From the NCBI GenBank assembly GCA_027923505.1, contig BROI01000001.1, positions 930,001 through 994,000 on the forward strand: DNA of 64,000 nt, in the 5' to 3' direction. The position numbers were made by a program, and so were the translations under genes. This document shows, piece by piece, positions 25,701 to 37,063 of the stretch (positions within the stretch are counted from its first letter, which is position 1; each line of letters opens with the position of its first letter). Origin of the DNA: Mayamaea pseudoterrestris. Its lineage: Eukaryota. The notes under the pieces are model-generated. The model saw only the letters and a program-made list of their open reading frames with translations. It made no database searches and was not told the DNA's origin.

Positions 25701-28700
25701 AATGATGTTGGCACCATTCTGGTGTATTTTGGGTGTAGACATGGCTTGCTGTAGGGGCGTTTGAATGTCATGGCATCAGCGGGTTGAGATTGGTGACAAT
25801 TTGGGTGTAGACATGGCTTGCTGTAGGGGCGTTTGAATGTCATGGCATCAGCGGGTTGAGATTGGTGACAAGTTGTCACCAAATACATTGCAGTCTACTG
25901 AGACACCAACCAAGCATACCATCATGTAGCGCAGCCATAATAATGATGTTGGCACCATTCTGGTGTACTTTGGGTGTATACATGGCTTGCTGTAGGGGCA
26001 TTTGAATGTCAAGGCATCCGCAGGCTGAGATTGGTGACAAGTTGTCACCAAATACATTGCAGTCTACTGAGACACCAGCCAGGCATATGGGTTTGTAGCG
26101 CAGCTTAAATAATGATGTTGGCACCATTCTGGTGTATTTTGGGTGTATACATGGCTTGCTGAAGAGCCATTTGAATGTCAAGGCATTCCTGGGTTGAGAC
26201 TGGTGACAAGTTGTCACCAAATACATTGCAGTCTACTGAGACACCAACCAAGCATACCATCATGTAGCGCAGCCTCAATAATGATGTTGGCACCATTCTG
26301 GTGTATTTTGGGTGTAGACATGGCTTGCTGTAGGGGCGTTTGAATGTCATGGCATCAGCGGGTTGAGATTGGTGACAAGTTGTCACCAAATACATTGCAG
26401 TCTACTGAGACACCAGCTAGGCATATGTTTTTGTATTGCAGCTTAAATAATGATGTTGGCACCATTGTGGTGTAATTTGGATGTAGACATGGCTTGCTGT
26501 AGAGCCATTTGAATGTCAAGGTGTCTGCCGGCTGAGACTGGTGAGGTGTTGTCACCAATCACATTGCAGTCTACTGAGACACCAACCAAGCATACCGTCA
26601 TGTTGCGCAGCCATAATAATGATGTTGGCACCATTCTGGTGTACTTTGGGTCTATACATGGCTTGCTGTAGGGGCACTTGAATGTCAAGGCATCAGCGGG
26701 TTGAGATTGGTGACAAGTTGTCACCAAATACATTGCAGTCTACTGAGACACCAGCCAGGCATACGGTTTTGTAGCGCAGCTTCAATAATGATGTTGGCAC
26801 CATTCTGGTGTAATTTGGATGTAGACATGGCTTGCTGTATGGGCGCTTGAATGTCAAGGCATCCGTGGGCTGAGACTGGTGACAAGTTGTCACCAAATAC
26901 ATTGCAGTCTACTGAGACACCAACCAAGCATACCATCATGTAGCGCAGCCTTAATAATGATGTTGGCACCATTCTGGTGTAATTTGGGTGTATACATGGC
27001 TTGCTGTAGGGGCGTTTGAATGTCAAGGCATTCCCGGGCTGAGACTGGTGACAAGTTGTCACCAAATACATTGCAGTCTACTGAGACACCAACCAAGCAT
27101 ACCATCATGTAGCGCAGCTTAAATAATGATGTTGGCACCATTCTGGTGTAATTTGGATGTAGACATGGCTTGCTGTAGAGCCATTTGAATGTCAAGGCAT
27201 TCCCGGGTTGAGACTGGTGACAAGTTGTCACCAAATACATTGCAGTCTACTGAGACACCAACCAAGCATACCATCATGTAGCGCAGCCTCAATAATGATG
27301 TTGGCACCATTCTGGTGTACTTTGGGTGTATACATGGCTTGCTGTATGGGGCGTTTGAAGGTCGAGGCATCTGCTGGCTGAGATTGGTGACAAGTTGTCA
27401 CCAAATACATTGCAGTCTACTGAGACACCAACCAAGCATACCACCATGTAGCGCAGCCTTGATAATGATGTTGGCACAATTCTGGTGCTATTTGGGTGTA
27501 TACATGGCTTTGTTGTAGGGGCGTTTGAATGTCAAGGGATCTGCGGGCTGAGATTGGTGACAAGTTGTCACCAATTACATTGCAGTCTACTGAGACATCA
27601 ACCAAGCATATTATCATGTAGCGCAGCCTCAATAATGGTGGTGGCACCATTCTGGTGTATTTTGGGTGTATACATGGCTTGCTGCGAGGCGTTTGAATGT
27701 CAAGGCATCCGTGGGCTGAGACTGGTGACAAGTTGTCACCAAATACATTGCAGTCTACTGAGACACCAACCAAGCATACCATCATGTAGCGCAGCCTTAA
27801 TAATGATGTTGGCACCATTCTGGTGTACTTTGGGTGTATACATGGCTTGCTGTAGGGGCATTTGAATGTCAAGGCATCCGCAGGCTGAGACTGGTGACAA
27901 GTTGTCACCAATTACATTGCAGTCTACTGAGACACCAACCAAGCATACCATCATGTAGCGCAGCCTCAATAATGGTGGTGGCACCATTATGGTGTATTTT
28001 GGGTGTATACATGGCTTGCTGTAGGGGCGCTTGAATGTCAAGGCATCCGTGGGCTGAGACTGGTGACAAGTTGTCACCAAATACATTGCAGTCTACTGAG
28101 ACACCAGCCAGGCATACGGTTTTGTAGCGCAGCTTAAATAATGATGTTGGCACCATTCTGGTGTATTTTGGGTGTAGACATGGCTTGCTGTAGGGGCGTT
28201 TGAATGTCAAGGCATCCGCAGGCTGAGACTGGTGACAAGTTGTCACCAAATACATTGCAGTCTACTGAGACACCAACCAAGCATACCATCATGTAGCGCA
28301 GCCTTAATAATGATGTTGGCACCATTCTGGTGTACTTTGGGTGTATACATGGCTTGCTGTAGGGGCGTTTGAATGTCAAGGCATCCGTGGGCTGAGACTG
28401 GTGACAAGTTGTCACCAAATACATTGCAGTCTACTGAGACACCAACCAAGCATACCATCATGTAGCGCAGCCTTAATAATGATGTTGGCACCATTCTGGT
28501 GTACTTTGGGTGTATACATGGCTTGCTGTGCATTTGAATGTCAAGGCATGCAGCTAAAAGGTCACAATACGCGCCCAATGTGGCACTGGACTTGCAACAT
28601 GTGCAAGGCATCCGCAGGCTGAGACTGGTGACAAGTTGTCACCAAATACATTGCAGTTTACTGAGACATCAACCATGCATACCATCATGTAGCGCAGCCT

Positions 28701-29410
28701 CAATATTGGTGGTGGTACCGTTCTGGTGTACTTTGGGTGTATACATGGCTTGCTGTAGGGGCGCTTGAATGTCAAGGCAACCGTGGGCTGAGACTGGTGA
28801 CTAGTTGTCACCAAATACATTGCAGTCTACTGAGACACCAACCAAGCATACCATCTTGTAGCACAGCCAAAATAATGATGTTGGCACAATTCTGGTGTAA
28901 TTTGGGTGTATACATGGCTTGCTGTAGGGGCTTTAAATGTCTAGTCATCTGCGGGCTGAGACTGGTGAGAACTTTTCACCAATCACGTTGCAGTGTACTG
29001 AGACACCAGCCAAGCGTACCATCTTGTAGCGCAGCCTAAGTAATGACATTGGCACCATTCTGGTGTACTTTGGGTGTATACATGGCTTGCTGTAGGGGCA
29101 TTTGAATGTCAAGGCATCCGCGGGCTGAGACTGGTGACAAGTTGTCACCAAATACATTGCAGTCTACTGAGACACCAACCAAGCGTACCATCATGTAGCG
29201 CAGCCAACATAATTTTGTTGGCACCTTTCTGGTGTACTTTGGGTGTATACATGGCTTGCTGTAGGGGCGTTTGAATGTCAAGGCATCCGCAGGCTGAGAC
29301 TGGTGACAAGTTGTCACCAAATACATTGCAGTCTACTGAGACACTAACCATGCATATCATCATGTAGTGCAGCCATAATAATGATGTGGGCACCATTCTG
29401 GTGTAATTTA
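16722..29410 (+). repeat. Satellite array, 169-bp monomer, roughly 75 units
   Basis: Monomer ~TGGTGACAAGTTGTCACCAAATACATTGCAGTCTACTGAGACACCAACCAAGCATACCATCATGTAGCGCAGCCTCAATAATGATGTTGGCACCATTCTGGTGTATTTTGGGTGTATACATGGCTTGCTGTAGGGGCGTTTGAATGTCAAGGCATCCGTGGGCTGAGAC. ORF-track coordinates step by 169 (17054, 17223, 17392). Confidence 0.98.
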
Positions 29411-29422
29411 CGCGCATACTTT

Positions 29423-29508
29423 GAGCCACGTGTATGTCCAAATTAATCCAGAATGGTGCTAACATCCTTATTTCAGGTGCTCTACAAGATGAGTTGACTG
29501 GTGGTGTA
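29423..29508 (-). repeat. Degenerate inverted partial copy of the satellite at the right border
   Basis: GAGCCACGTGTATGTCCAAATTAATCCAGAATGGTGCTAACATC matches the reverse complement of the unit. Confidence 0.75.
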
Positions 29509-29660
29509 CGTTGCTCTTAAACTGATGGTGCCGTTAACTATGATACCTACATTCCCATCCCCTTGACATGTCACTCTATACATTACTTCTTTCTAATAAA
29601 GACTATTTTTGCTAGCAAAAATGTCATTTTGGTCAAAATTATAGGTGGAGGGCGATTCAT

Positions 29661-31883
29661 TCATTGTGAAGCTTGACTGAAGAAGTCAGCTTTTGGCGGG
29701 CGACCCAGCAGGTCTGACAGCATTGCCGATGGGTCCTTGGCACCACCATGGATTAGCATCTTGCGCCAAAACGCTTGCCCAGGCCCCTTTGCTAGACTAT
29801 CGGCTTGGAAACACTGCTTCCAGATATCACCAGCAAACACTTGGGAGTACAGGTACCCATAGTAACCTGCACCATACGTTACAAGGTGTCCAAAGCGACT
29901 ATGCCAGTGAGTTCCTTCGGCATGCGGAACACCTAAATCAGCATGCAGTTTTGAAAAGATTTGTGTCGTGGACATGTTTCGCGTAGCTTCCGTCGCGGCG
30001 CCAAACAATATCTGATCAAAGTTCGAGTAGAGTATTTGGTTCTGCCGTTCCAGTGATGCAAACTCGTAACGTGACTGCTGTAGCTTGGATATAGCGTCGT
30101 CTGGCAAGGGTTCACCGTTATATGTCTGAACGGCTAGAATCTTGAGAAATTGCTTGTCCCAGACAAAGTATTCCATCACGTGCGAAGGCGTTTCGACAAA
30201 ATCCATCGCCGCCCGCGTACCCGACATGTGCTGAAAGTTGGTGCGACTCAGTAGCGAGTGCAAGGCATGGCCAAACTCATGAAATAACGTCTCCACTTCG
30301 GAATGTGATAGAAACTCTTCTTTGGCAGATGAAAGGTTGCAGACAAGCACAACGACTGGCTGCTGGTACTCGGGTGGCTCGTGACTAGGATCCGTCGCAA
30401 GGCAACCACATCGAACGGTAAAGTGAGCAGCATGTGTGTACTTTCCCGGTCGAGCATGCAAGTCCAAGTAAACTGTCCCGTGAGACTCGCCAGTTTTTTC
30501 ATTGACAAATGTGAATTTGCGGATCCCTCGGTTGGACTGCGCATGCTCGCCATCCCATGCCTCGGCCGCATCCATGACTTGTTCCTGCATGGTCATTCCA
30601 AACAGTCTTGACACCAATACCTGTATAGCACGTACACAGTTGTCAATTGTTAGGTAGGGTGTAACGGTATTGATATCAAATCCGTTGCGTGCCTTCAGCA
30701 AGCTAATGTAAAACGAAATGTCCCAAGGCTCGACTTGGCTGGAAAATTCAACCGCTTGCTTTGCTCTAGCAATCATTTCCATGTCACGTTTCCAAGCAGA
30801 GTAATTGTTAATTTGTAATTCTTTCAGGAAGGCCACGACGCGATTCGGATGCTTAGCCATTCTATCTTGCAAAACTCGGTGTGCGTACGACTCAAAGCCA
30901 AGAGCAGTCGCCAGTTGTCGCCGACGATCAATCAAGGCGTCCAAAACAGCCAAATTCTCGGGAACACTGGTGCTGTGTGCCATATAGACATCGCGTCGAA
31001 GGTTTGGATCGTGTGAATAGCGTATCAGCGACTGTAGTAAATGTGGTTGATTCGTATGGAGCTCAAGTTGATTGATATTTGAATCACTTTCGTCAAGCGT
31101 TGCTACTTCTTCTATACCATACGAACTCAAAACTTGGTTTGGTAGTATAGCTTTGACTGGAGCAGCCGCAACGCGAAAGGTTTGATCCGAATGAACAATG
31201 TTCTGCGAAAATAAACCTTCCAGCTGAGAAACGGAATGCGCAAGATCGGCTACGCGTGCACGTTGCGCTTCTGGCAACTGGATCCCATCTCGCTCAAATT
31301 CTGCCTGCAGCAGCCCTGCAAACCGCTGCTCCTCCTCGGACAGTTGCTGAAACAATGGTTGATTACCGGTGACTTGTTTGAGTGCATGATAGAGTCTCTC
31401 ATCACTGTTCAATTCGGCAATGTAATGAGCGAGTGCGTCAAAAGCCTTTTGCGCAGCGTCTCGCCAAACTGGATCAACATGGACGCTCCGACAAAGCTCA
31501 GCTGCATCGATGACGTTGCAGACAGTCTTGGATATGAGATCCAACTCGTACAATATTTGAGTGGCTTGAGATCGAGTCGAAAGTGGGGTCAAGCAACGTA
31601 AGGCTAGGGCGTCGCGAAAGCGGTTGCAGTCTTCAGCTGCTTCATAGGCTGCACGCAGGAAATCAGATGGCTTTATCAAGTTTGGAATCGAAAAAAGACC
31701 CGTCACTGATGAAAATTGTCGAGTTAATTGGCGCCGAATGTAAGAGGAAGATGGATTAGCCGATGCTTGTGCGCGTCGTGTTCCATCTTCGAGTTGACGG
31801 CAAAATGAAAGCCGGTTCGTCGACAATTTATATACTCGTTTCAACAATAACCTTTGAATCGATACACTAGCCACTCGCTGCAT
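29661..31883 (-). CDS. MIPEP: Mitochondrial intermediate peptidase (peptidase M3A, MIP/Oct1)
   Basis: LFHEFGHALHSLL (HExxH), SGTRAAMDFVETPSHVME, FGHLVTYGAGYYGYLY, CNVIDAAELCR; Arg-rich presequence. Confidence 0.93.
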   Translation of the reverse strand: MQRVASVSIQRLLLKRVYKLSTNRLSFCRQLEDGTRRAQASANPSSSYIRRQLTRQFSSVTGLFSIPNLIKPSDFLRAAYEAAEDCNRFRDALALRCLTPLSTRSQATQILYELDLISKTVCNVIDAAELCRSVHVDPVWRDAAQKAFDALAHYIAELNSDERLYHALKQVTGNQPLFQQLSEEEQRFAGLLQAEFERDGIQLPEAQRARVADLAHSVSQLEGLFSQNIVHSDQTFRVAAAPVKAILPNQVLSSYGIEEVATLDESDSNINQLELHTNQPHLLQSLIRYSHDPNLRRDVYMAHSTSVPENLAVLDALIDRRRQLATALGFESYAHRVLQDRMAKHPNRVVAFLKELQINNYSAWKRDMEMIARAKQAVEFSSQVEPWDISFYISLLKARNGFDINTVTPYLTIDNCVRAIQVLVSRLFGMTMQEQVMDAAEAWDGEHAQSNRGIRKFTFVNEKTGESHGTVYLDLHARPGKYTHAAHFTVRCGCLATDPSHEPPEYQQPVVVLVCNLSSAKEEFLSHSEVETLFHEFGHALHSLLSRTNFQHMSGTRAAMDFVETPSHVMEYFVWDKQFLKILAVQTYNGEPLPDDAISKLQQSRYEFASLERQNQILYSNFDQILFGAATEATRNMSTTQIFSKLHADLGVPHAEGTHWHSRFGHLVTYGAGYYGYLYSQVFAGDIWKQCFQADSLAKGPGQAFWRKMLIHGGAKDPSAMLSDLLGRPPKADFFSQASQ

Positions 31884-32117
31884 GATTAATGCAGCCCTAA
31901 TTCCGGGCGACTGAGGTATGCTGTTGGCTCGAACTTAATAGTCGACGGCCGCGAGCATCAATTTTTTTGGTTGGCGAACTTTCGTCGCATCAATGGATTT
32001 TAGTACCGGTACGATTTTCGAAGACGTTTTGGATCACAATGAAGACGCCGCGCTGCACACATCCACGCTTGCACCTTTCAAGGGAACTCAATCGTAATTA
32101 ACGTTTCTGCCATCAAC

Positions 32118-33611
32118 ATGAGTCTCAACTCTAGCTTTGATTCACCTGCCGCAGATGCGCGCAAATTTATTATCGCGACAACGACGGCGCCGACGGCCGG
32201 CTTGACTGTTTCGCCATTTTTGCCGCGCACCAACGTCCTCGGCTCCAAGACGGACGCGCTCCTGTCTTTGACGGACGAAGAAACGTCTGCAGCTGCCACA
32301 TGTAAGTATTGAAATTGAGAAATGACGGAACATTGAACAGATTTTTTCCCTCATGCTAAATCTCTTTAATCGCTAAAACATAATGCAGCTACGGGCAATG
32401 ATGCGAACACTACCGAACCAGTTTTGGCAGACGAGCTTGACTTACACAAGGATACGTTGGCGCATAAAGCTGCAAGCGGCATTACCAAATGCAATATTGC
32501 CAAGCCTCTTTTGACTGAAACTCTTGAACCGACGGCGAGCCATGCGAGCAATCGAAACGTCATAGACTTTACGGACAATGTTGAATTCACTTTGACAACA
32601 AAGTCTGGCCGCAAAAGCGTCAAGCCTAGCCGATTCAGCTACGATAATGCTGGCAATCAAAGCAGCATTGTTGTTGGGGCTGGAAAATTGCATGCATCCC
32701 AGAAAATGAAGAAGAGTCTCGCCAAGACTCCGAAGGGCAGCAAGGACATTCTTGCGAACGCGGCGCCACCAGCCTCCATCGCCAAGGTACTCTTTACATC
32801 AGATGTAGCAGTCAAAGAGGCCAATGAGAAGGAGCCTATCGATATGACGGAAAATTTGGTAGCGGCGCCAGCTGATGAAGCCAAGATCGACGAGCATATT
32901 GCCAAGGTGGTTGGACCGACGAAGCTCGATAAGTACTCGACGGAAACGACGGTCACGCCAACGAAGGAAGAAAGCAAGGACAGCCACGCAGGCACGCAGG
33001 AAACGGGTGCCGTCTTTGTTTTGTCGACCGACGAAGCTTTTGCGCCGGGCACGGAGGAAGGCAAGGATGACGAGCCCGTCAAGCCGGCGAATCTAGAGAA
33101 GCGAGCTGCCGCGTCGACCAAAAATAGTGCCACATTGACGCCTGCGGTGGATGCCACGATGAACAAGCAGCAAGTCATGAATATGACGAACATGTCGCAC
33201 GTCATTGGCGACGAAAGTTCAGGTGACGAAAGCATGATTGTTGGCAAGATGATAGTGTCGGGTACTGGCAAGAGTGGGTGGTCGCTTATTGTGGCAAACA
33301 TTGCTCGTTTCTTCTTGGCCGTCACACTCTTGGCTATTATTGCTGTCGCGGCTCTTGTGGTACTAGGTGGGACCTTGGCATTCTTGTTCCCTGACGTCGA
33401 TCATGTTTCCATTTTACAACGGCTTGTGCAACTGAACAAGGACCATTTCAAGGCGATGCAAGGGGTTGTCGAATCGGCTTATTTGGGTAGCACGATGGAT
33501 ACTGACGAGATTTTGTTGCCGGAGGAATCCGCCACCTATGTTGACACGGCTGCTACGAGTGTGTACGCTGTGATTGAACAAGGCCGGGCTGTCATGCAAG
33601 CTTTCTTTTAA
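32118..33611 (+). CDS. Hypothetical low-complexity protein with a C-terminal transmembrane segment; intron 32302-32388
   Basis: A GTAAGT..TGCAG intron joins the 64-aa and 395-aa ORFs in frame; hydrophobic stretch FFLAVTLLAIIAVAALVVLGG. Confidence 0.7.
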
Positions 33612-33884
33612 TGATAAATTGTTTAATGTTTCGAGCAGATTGCTGGAATCTAATGGGAAGTGATGATACATAGCGGTGATGCGCTAATAGACTTCCACTA
33701 ATCGTACGTCGTATTATTATGCACATAGCAGCATTACATCATAGCATTGTCGATGGCATCAGTCGTGCGTTGCAAAAACAATGCGGCAATCACTCAGTCG
33801 TACCGCGACTTGAGATGTCGTCCGCACCGTTCGATCCACCATGACAAGTTTGCGCCAGCGCCAACATCATCTTATCTCGGTGCA

Positions 33885-34035
33885 ATATATTATAACCATG
33901 CTGCTTACTTTACAAAGCTACCGAGATATACTATCTTTGCTATTGCAATACTGGCCGCCAGTCCCCGCAGCATGAAAAAAAGCAACCAATATATTATAAC
34001 CACCCGAGATATACTATCTTTGCTATTGCAATACT
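33885..34035 (+). repeat. Short local direct repeats (32 bp at 33921 and 34004; AATATATTATAACCA at ~33885 and ~33988)
   Basis: CCGAGATATACTATCTTTGCTATTGCAATACT occurs twice. Confidence 0.8.
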
Positions 34036-34853
34036 CAAGAAGCGACGCAAGGTCCTTGAAATCCCTGTGCCGTCAGTCCTCCATCAATTCCGAGGCACTG
34101 ACCCGTCACATAGCTCGATGCAGGCATGCACAAAAAGACTATTGGCTGAGCAACTTCCTCTGGCTTGCCCAGACGACCCATCGGCGTCCACTCCTTGACC
34201 TTGATGAGCTGCCCCGAACAATCTTTTAATGCATCCTCCAGCATGGGTGTCATGGTCATCCAGGGCGTCACCGCATTCACGCGAATGTTCATTCGTGCCC
34301 ATTCGCAAGCCAGCGATCGCGTCATTTGGTTCATTGCAGCTTTGCTCATGCCGTAGGCACATCCAGTCCCCGAGCTCTGCACTCCAGCAGCAGAAGATAC
34401 GTTGACAATCGTCGCTCCCTTTTCCTTGTCCAACATGTCATAGAATGACTGACACAGAAAGTACGCCGCATCAATGTTGTTTCGCATAATGGTAAGATAC
34501 TCTTCCTCGGACTGTTCCAGCATGGATTTGCGAACGTTGATACCCATGTTATTAATGAGACCAGACACAAACTGAACATTCTTTTTTGTTTCGGCCACCA
34601 GGACTAGTCTTCCTTCCTGTGTACTCAGATCACATGGAATATGCACTACTTTAGACTTGTGCGGATTGAATGATTCTTTCAGATCCGCTACCAATTCAAA
34701 GCAAGGACTGCGAGAGCAGAAGATGACAGATTCTGCACCGTTTGCCAGCAAGGATTTGACGGTCGCCAGGCCAATGCCTTTAGATCCGCCGGTTACAACA
34801 AAGTTTTTGCCTTTCAGAGTCCATTGGGCCTGTATCTCTCCAATTGATGACAT
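34035..34853 (-). CDS. Tropinone reductase-like SDR
   Basis: [51 protein letters not shown]. Confidence 0.92.
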   Translation of the reverse strand: MSSIGEIQAQWTLKGKNFVVTGGSKGIGLATVKSLLANGAESVIFCSRSPCFELVADLKESFNPHKSKVVHIPCDLSTQEGRLVLVAETKKNVQFVSGLINNMGINVRKSMLEQSEEEYLTIMRNNIDAAYFLCQSFYDMLDKEKGATIVNVSSAAGVQSSGTGCAYGMSKAAMNQMTRSLACEWARMNIRVNAVTPWMTMTPMLEDALKDCSGQLIKVKEWTPMGRLGKPEEVAQPIVFLCMPASSYVTGQCLGIDGGLTAQGFQGPCVAS

Positions 34854-35348
34854 GATAACAATAGTGCGACAATGTACTCGTTGAGAATAGGCAACGATCG
34901 TCGGTGGATGGTGGATGTCGAAAGATGATGCAGTGTGTGCGTCAATGGTGCGACATCAGCAGGGAAAATGGGCATAAGTAGTTTTATGACTCATTTTCAT
35001 ATTTACTGTAGTTCAGAATTCACGATTGAGTCATACGGTATGCACGACTCACAGTCAGTCAAAACCGACGCGGCACGATCATCTGCCCTTCACCTTGTTT
35101 TGAGAGCAAGGCAACGAGGATATCTATGCTAGTTGTATACCGTAATGGACGATCAATTTCACAATGTCAATGATGAAGTCATTTTGAACGTTATTTCAAG
35201 CCGTGGTCCAGCATCATCTGTTGCCCTTGACACGCATTCATCCCATCCTCCAAGACGTTCTCTGACAATCTGCCAATGTATGACTTGCTAGTTCTTTCGT
35301 CATGAGCCCCATTTGTGTGTCGCGGACCTGCTTGCCGCCTGACCAACT

Positions 35349-36191
35349 TCACCCGCAGCAGCCAAATCGGCCTTCCGGTCCGCCTGGGCTCTCGTTCTCG
35401 TCCTCGACGAAATCTCCAATTACCGAAGCAGGAGCGTCATCAGATGCTACGCCACCTTGCCCGCCTTGAACAAGGTCATCTTCGTCCGCCACAGCCAAAA
35501 TGCCAAGCGCAGCAGCAACTCCAGGTACAATATCAACGCCTTCCGGTACAGCTAGCACGACGGCAGGACTCAGAAGATCTTTAGGATTGGCCGTCGGAAC
35601 GTTTCGCATTCCTTGTGGTAACAAATTATCGACAACACGACTTTCCACTCGTACGCCTGCAGAGCCCAAATTGCGAGCACCCGAATTGGCGCTTATCGAG
35701 TCGTTTTCTGTGACAGCTGACGCTAATAGAGTTCCGCCGGGACGACCGCGGGCTAAAGCAGCTGGCGGTACAAAAGGAAAACCATGTGAGTCTGTCAAGT
35801 TCGATGCATCAACAGGATTCAAAAAATCCCCAGTTGAGGATGTATCATCAGGTAAATAGCTTGCTTTGTCTTTGTGGTCGCCGCCTCGAGCCTCGACAAT
35901 CGAAAGAGGCTGGGCGTCGTACTGTTGCAAAATACCCTTGGCACATGTCGACAAGAATCTCGCCAAAATCAGAGAGCCAGAGAAAGCCAATGTAGTTACA
36001 TTCTTCAAAACCTCCGCCATGGACAATTTAATGTTGTGTTTGTCAAAAAAATTCGTCACATAAGCAACGTCAGTTTTGCCCTTGGAGTGGTCACGAAAAA
36101 TGTCGACAAGTTCTATCCGCGCCTCCACGTCTTCCACGAAGCTGAGGGCCTCGAGCAAGCGAGCTTTGAAACAGGATAGGACAGCATTCAT
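35349..36191 (-). CDS. Hypothetical protein; upstream exons may extend to ~36704
   Basis: 280-aa ORF with protein-like composition. Possible splice sites lie upstream but the model is unresolved. Confidence 0.5.
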   Translation of the reverse strand: MNAVLSCFKARLLEALSFVEDVEARIELVDIFRDHSKGKTDVAYVTNFFDKHNIKLSMAEVLKNVTTLAFSGSLILARFLSTCAKGILQQYDAQPLSIVEARGGDHKDKASYLPDDTSSTGDFLNPVDASNLTDSHGFPFVPPAALARGRPGGTLLASAVTENDSISANSGARNLGSAGVRVESRVVDNLLPQGMRNVPTANPKDLLSPAVVLAVPEGVDIVPGVAAALGILAVADEDDLVQGGQGGVASDDAPASVIGDFVEDENESPGGPEGRFGCCG

Positions 36192-37063
36192 AGTATGATT
36201 AGAATGTCATGCTAAAGGGGCATACGCGATATGCTCGGGATAAACATCTTCCTGCCGCTCGAGTATCCGTGCCACCATCGATCAAACAAGACACTCATTT
36301 CACAACGACCATCGACCCACAGTAGGCAAGCGCACTGCGGTGACAGATTACAAGAAAATAACCTTTAGCCTGGACAACTGTCTTTGAATCAGAAATCTTG
36401 TAGTATCAGTCGTAGTAGAAGAGGTAGTGTGAGACCAAGCGCATGTGCGGTTAGCGAAGGCAATCTCGTTCTAAATGTGACTCTCGACGAGTCGACGAGC
36501 GAAGAATGCGACAAACTTTAAAATCCAACGAACGCGACAAACGGGCTTTGGCCTGTGATGAATCAACCGGCACGAAAATGTTTCACCACAGATACCTACC
36601 CTGTTAGAAATCTTGACAGTCGCGGCAAAGGAGACATCATCGCGATGGCAGCTTTCCGATGTAGTACAGGGCCTGTCGGAATGGGAGCTATCGGCTGCGC
36701 TCATGAGGATCGTGTGGAACGTGAATAATGTTGACGATTTTGACGACGAGGAGCTGGATGAATTGTCGACTGCTCTTTCGCTTTCGCAGAAAATCGCCTT
36801 GCGCGCTAGCGAGGAGGTGGGATGATGTGTGCCGGTGTGACAGACGTGACTTGCGAAAGGCAACGCACCTTGCATCGCAGCGTCGCACTACTCTTGTTCT
36901 TCTTTCTGGATCTGATATCATTTAAGATTCCCAGACAATCCTTTCATCATGGGAAAGCGTCTCGCAACATAGCCTGCATTTTTAAACATATTTTCAACAG
37001 ATATTTTCCCTTTTATCATTTGTTTGCGACTACCGTGTTTGGTCCACACTCCACACAGTTGCA

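Noticed and set aside
16722..29410. CRISPR array interpretation of the palindrome-containing repeats
   Set aside because: The sequence between palindromes is itself repeated, with no unique spacers; there are no cas genes and the context is eukaryotic.
16864..29465. Dozens of 60-160 aa ORFs (MYLVTTCHQSQP...) as a repetitive protein family
   Set aside because: They result from a 169-bp period (not divisible by 3) cycling through frames. The third frame has several TGA/TAG stops per unit, so recoding or readthrough is implausible.
33747..34229. 160-aa plus-strand ORF
   Set aside because: It has a non-ATG start, overlaps the SDR in antisense and spans local AT-rich repeats.
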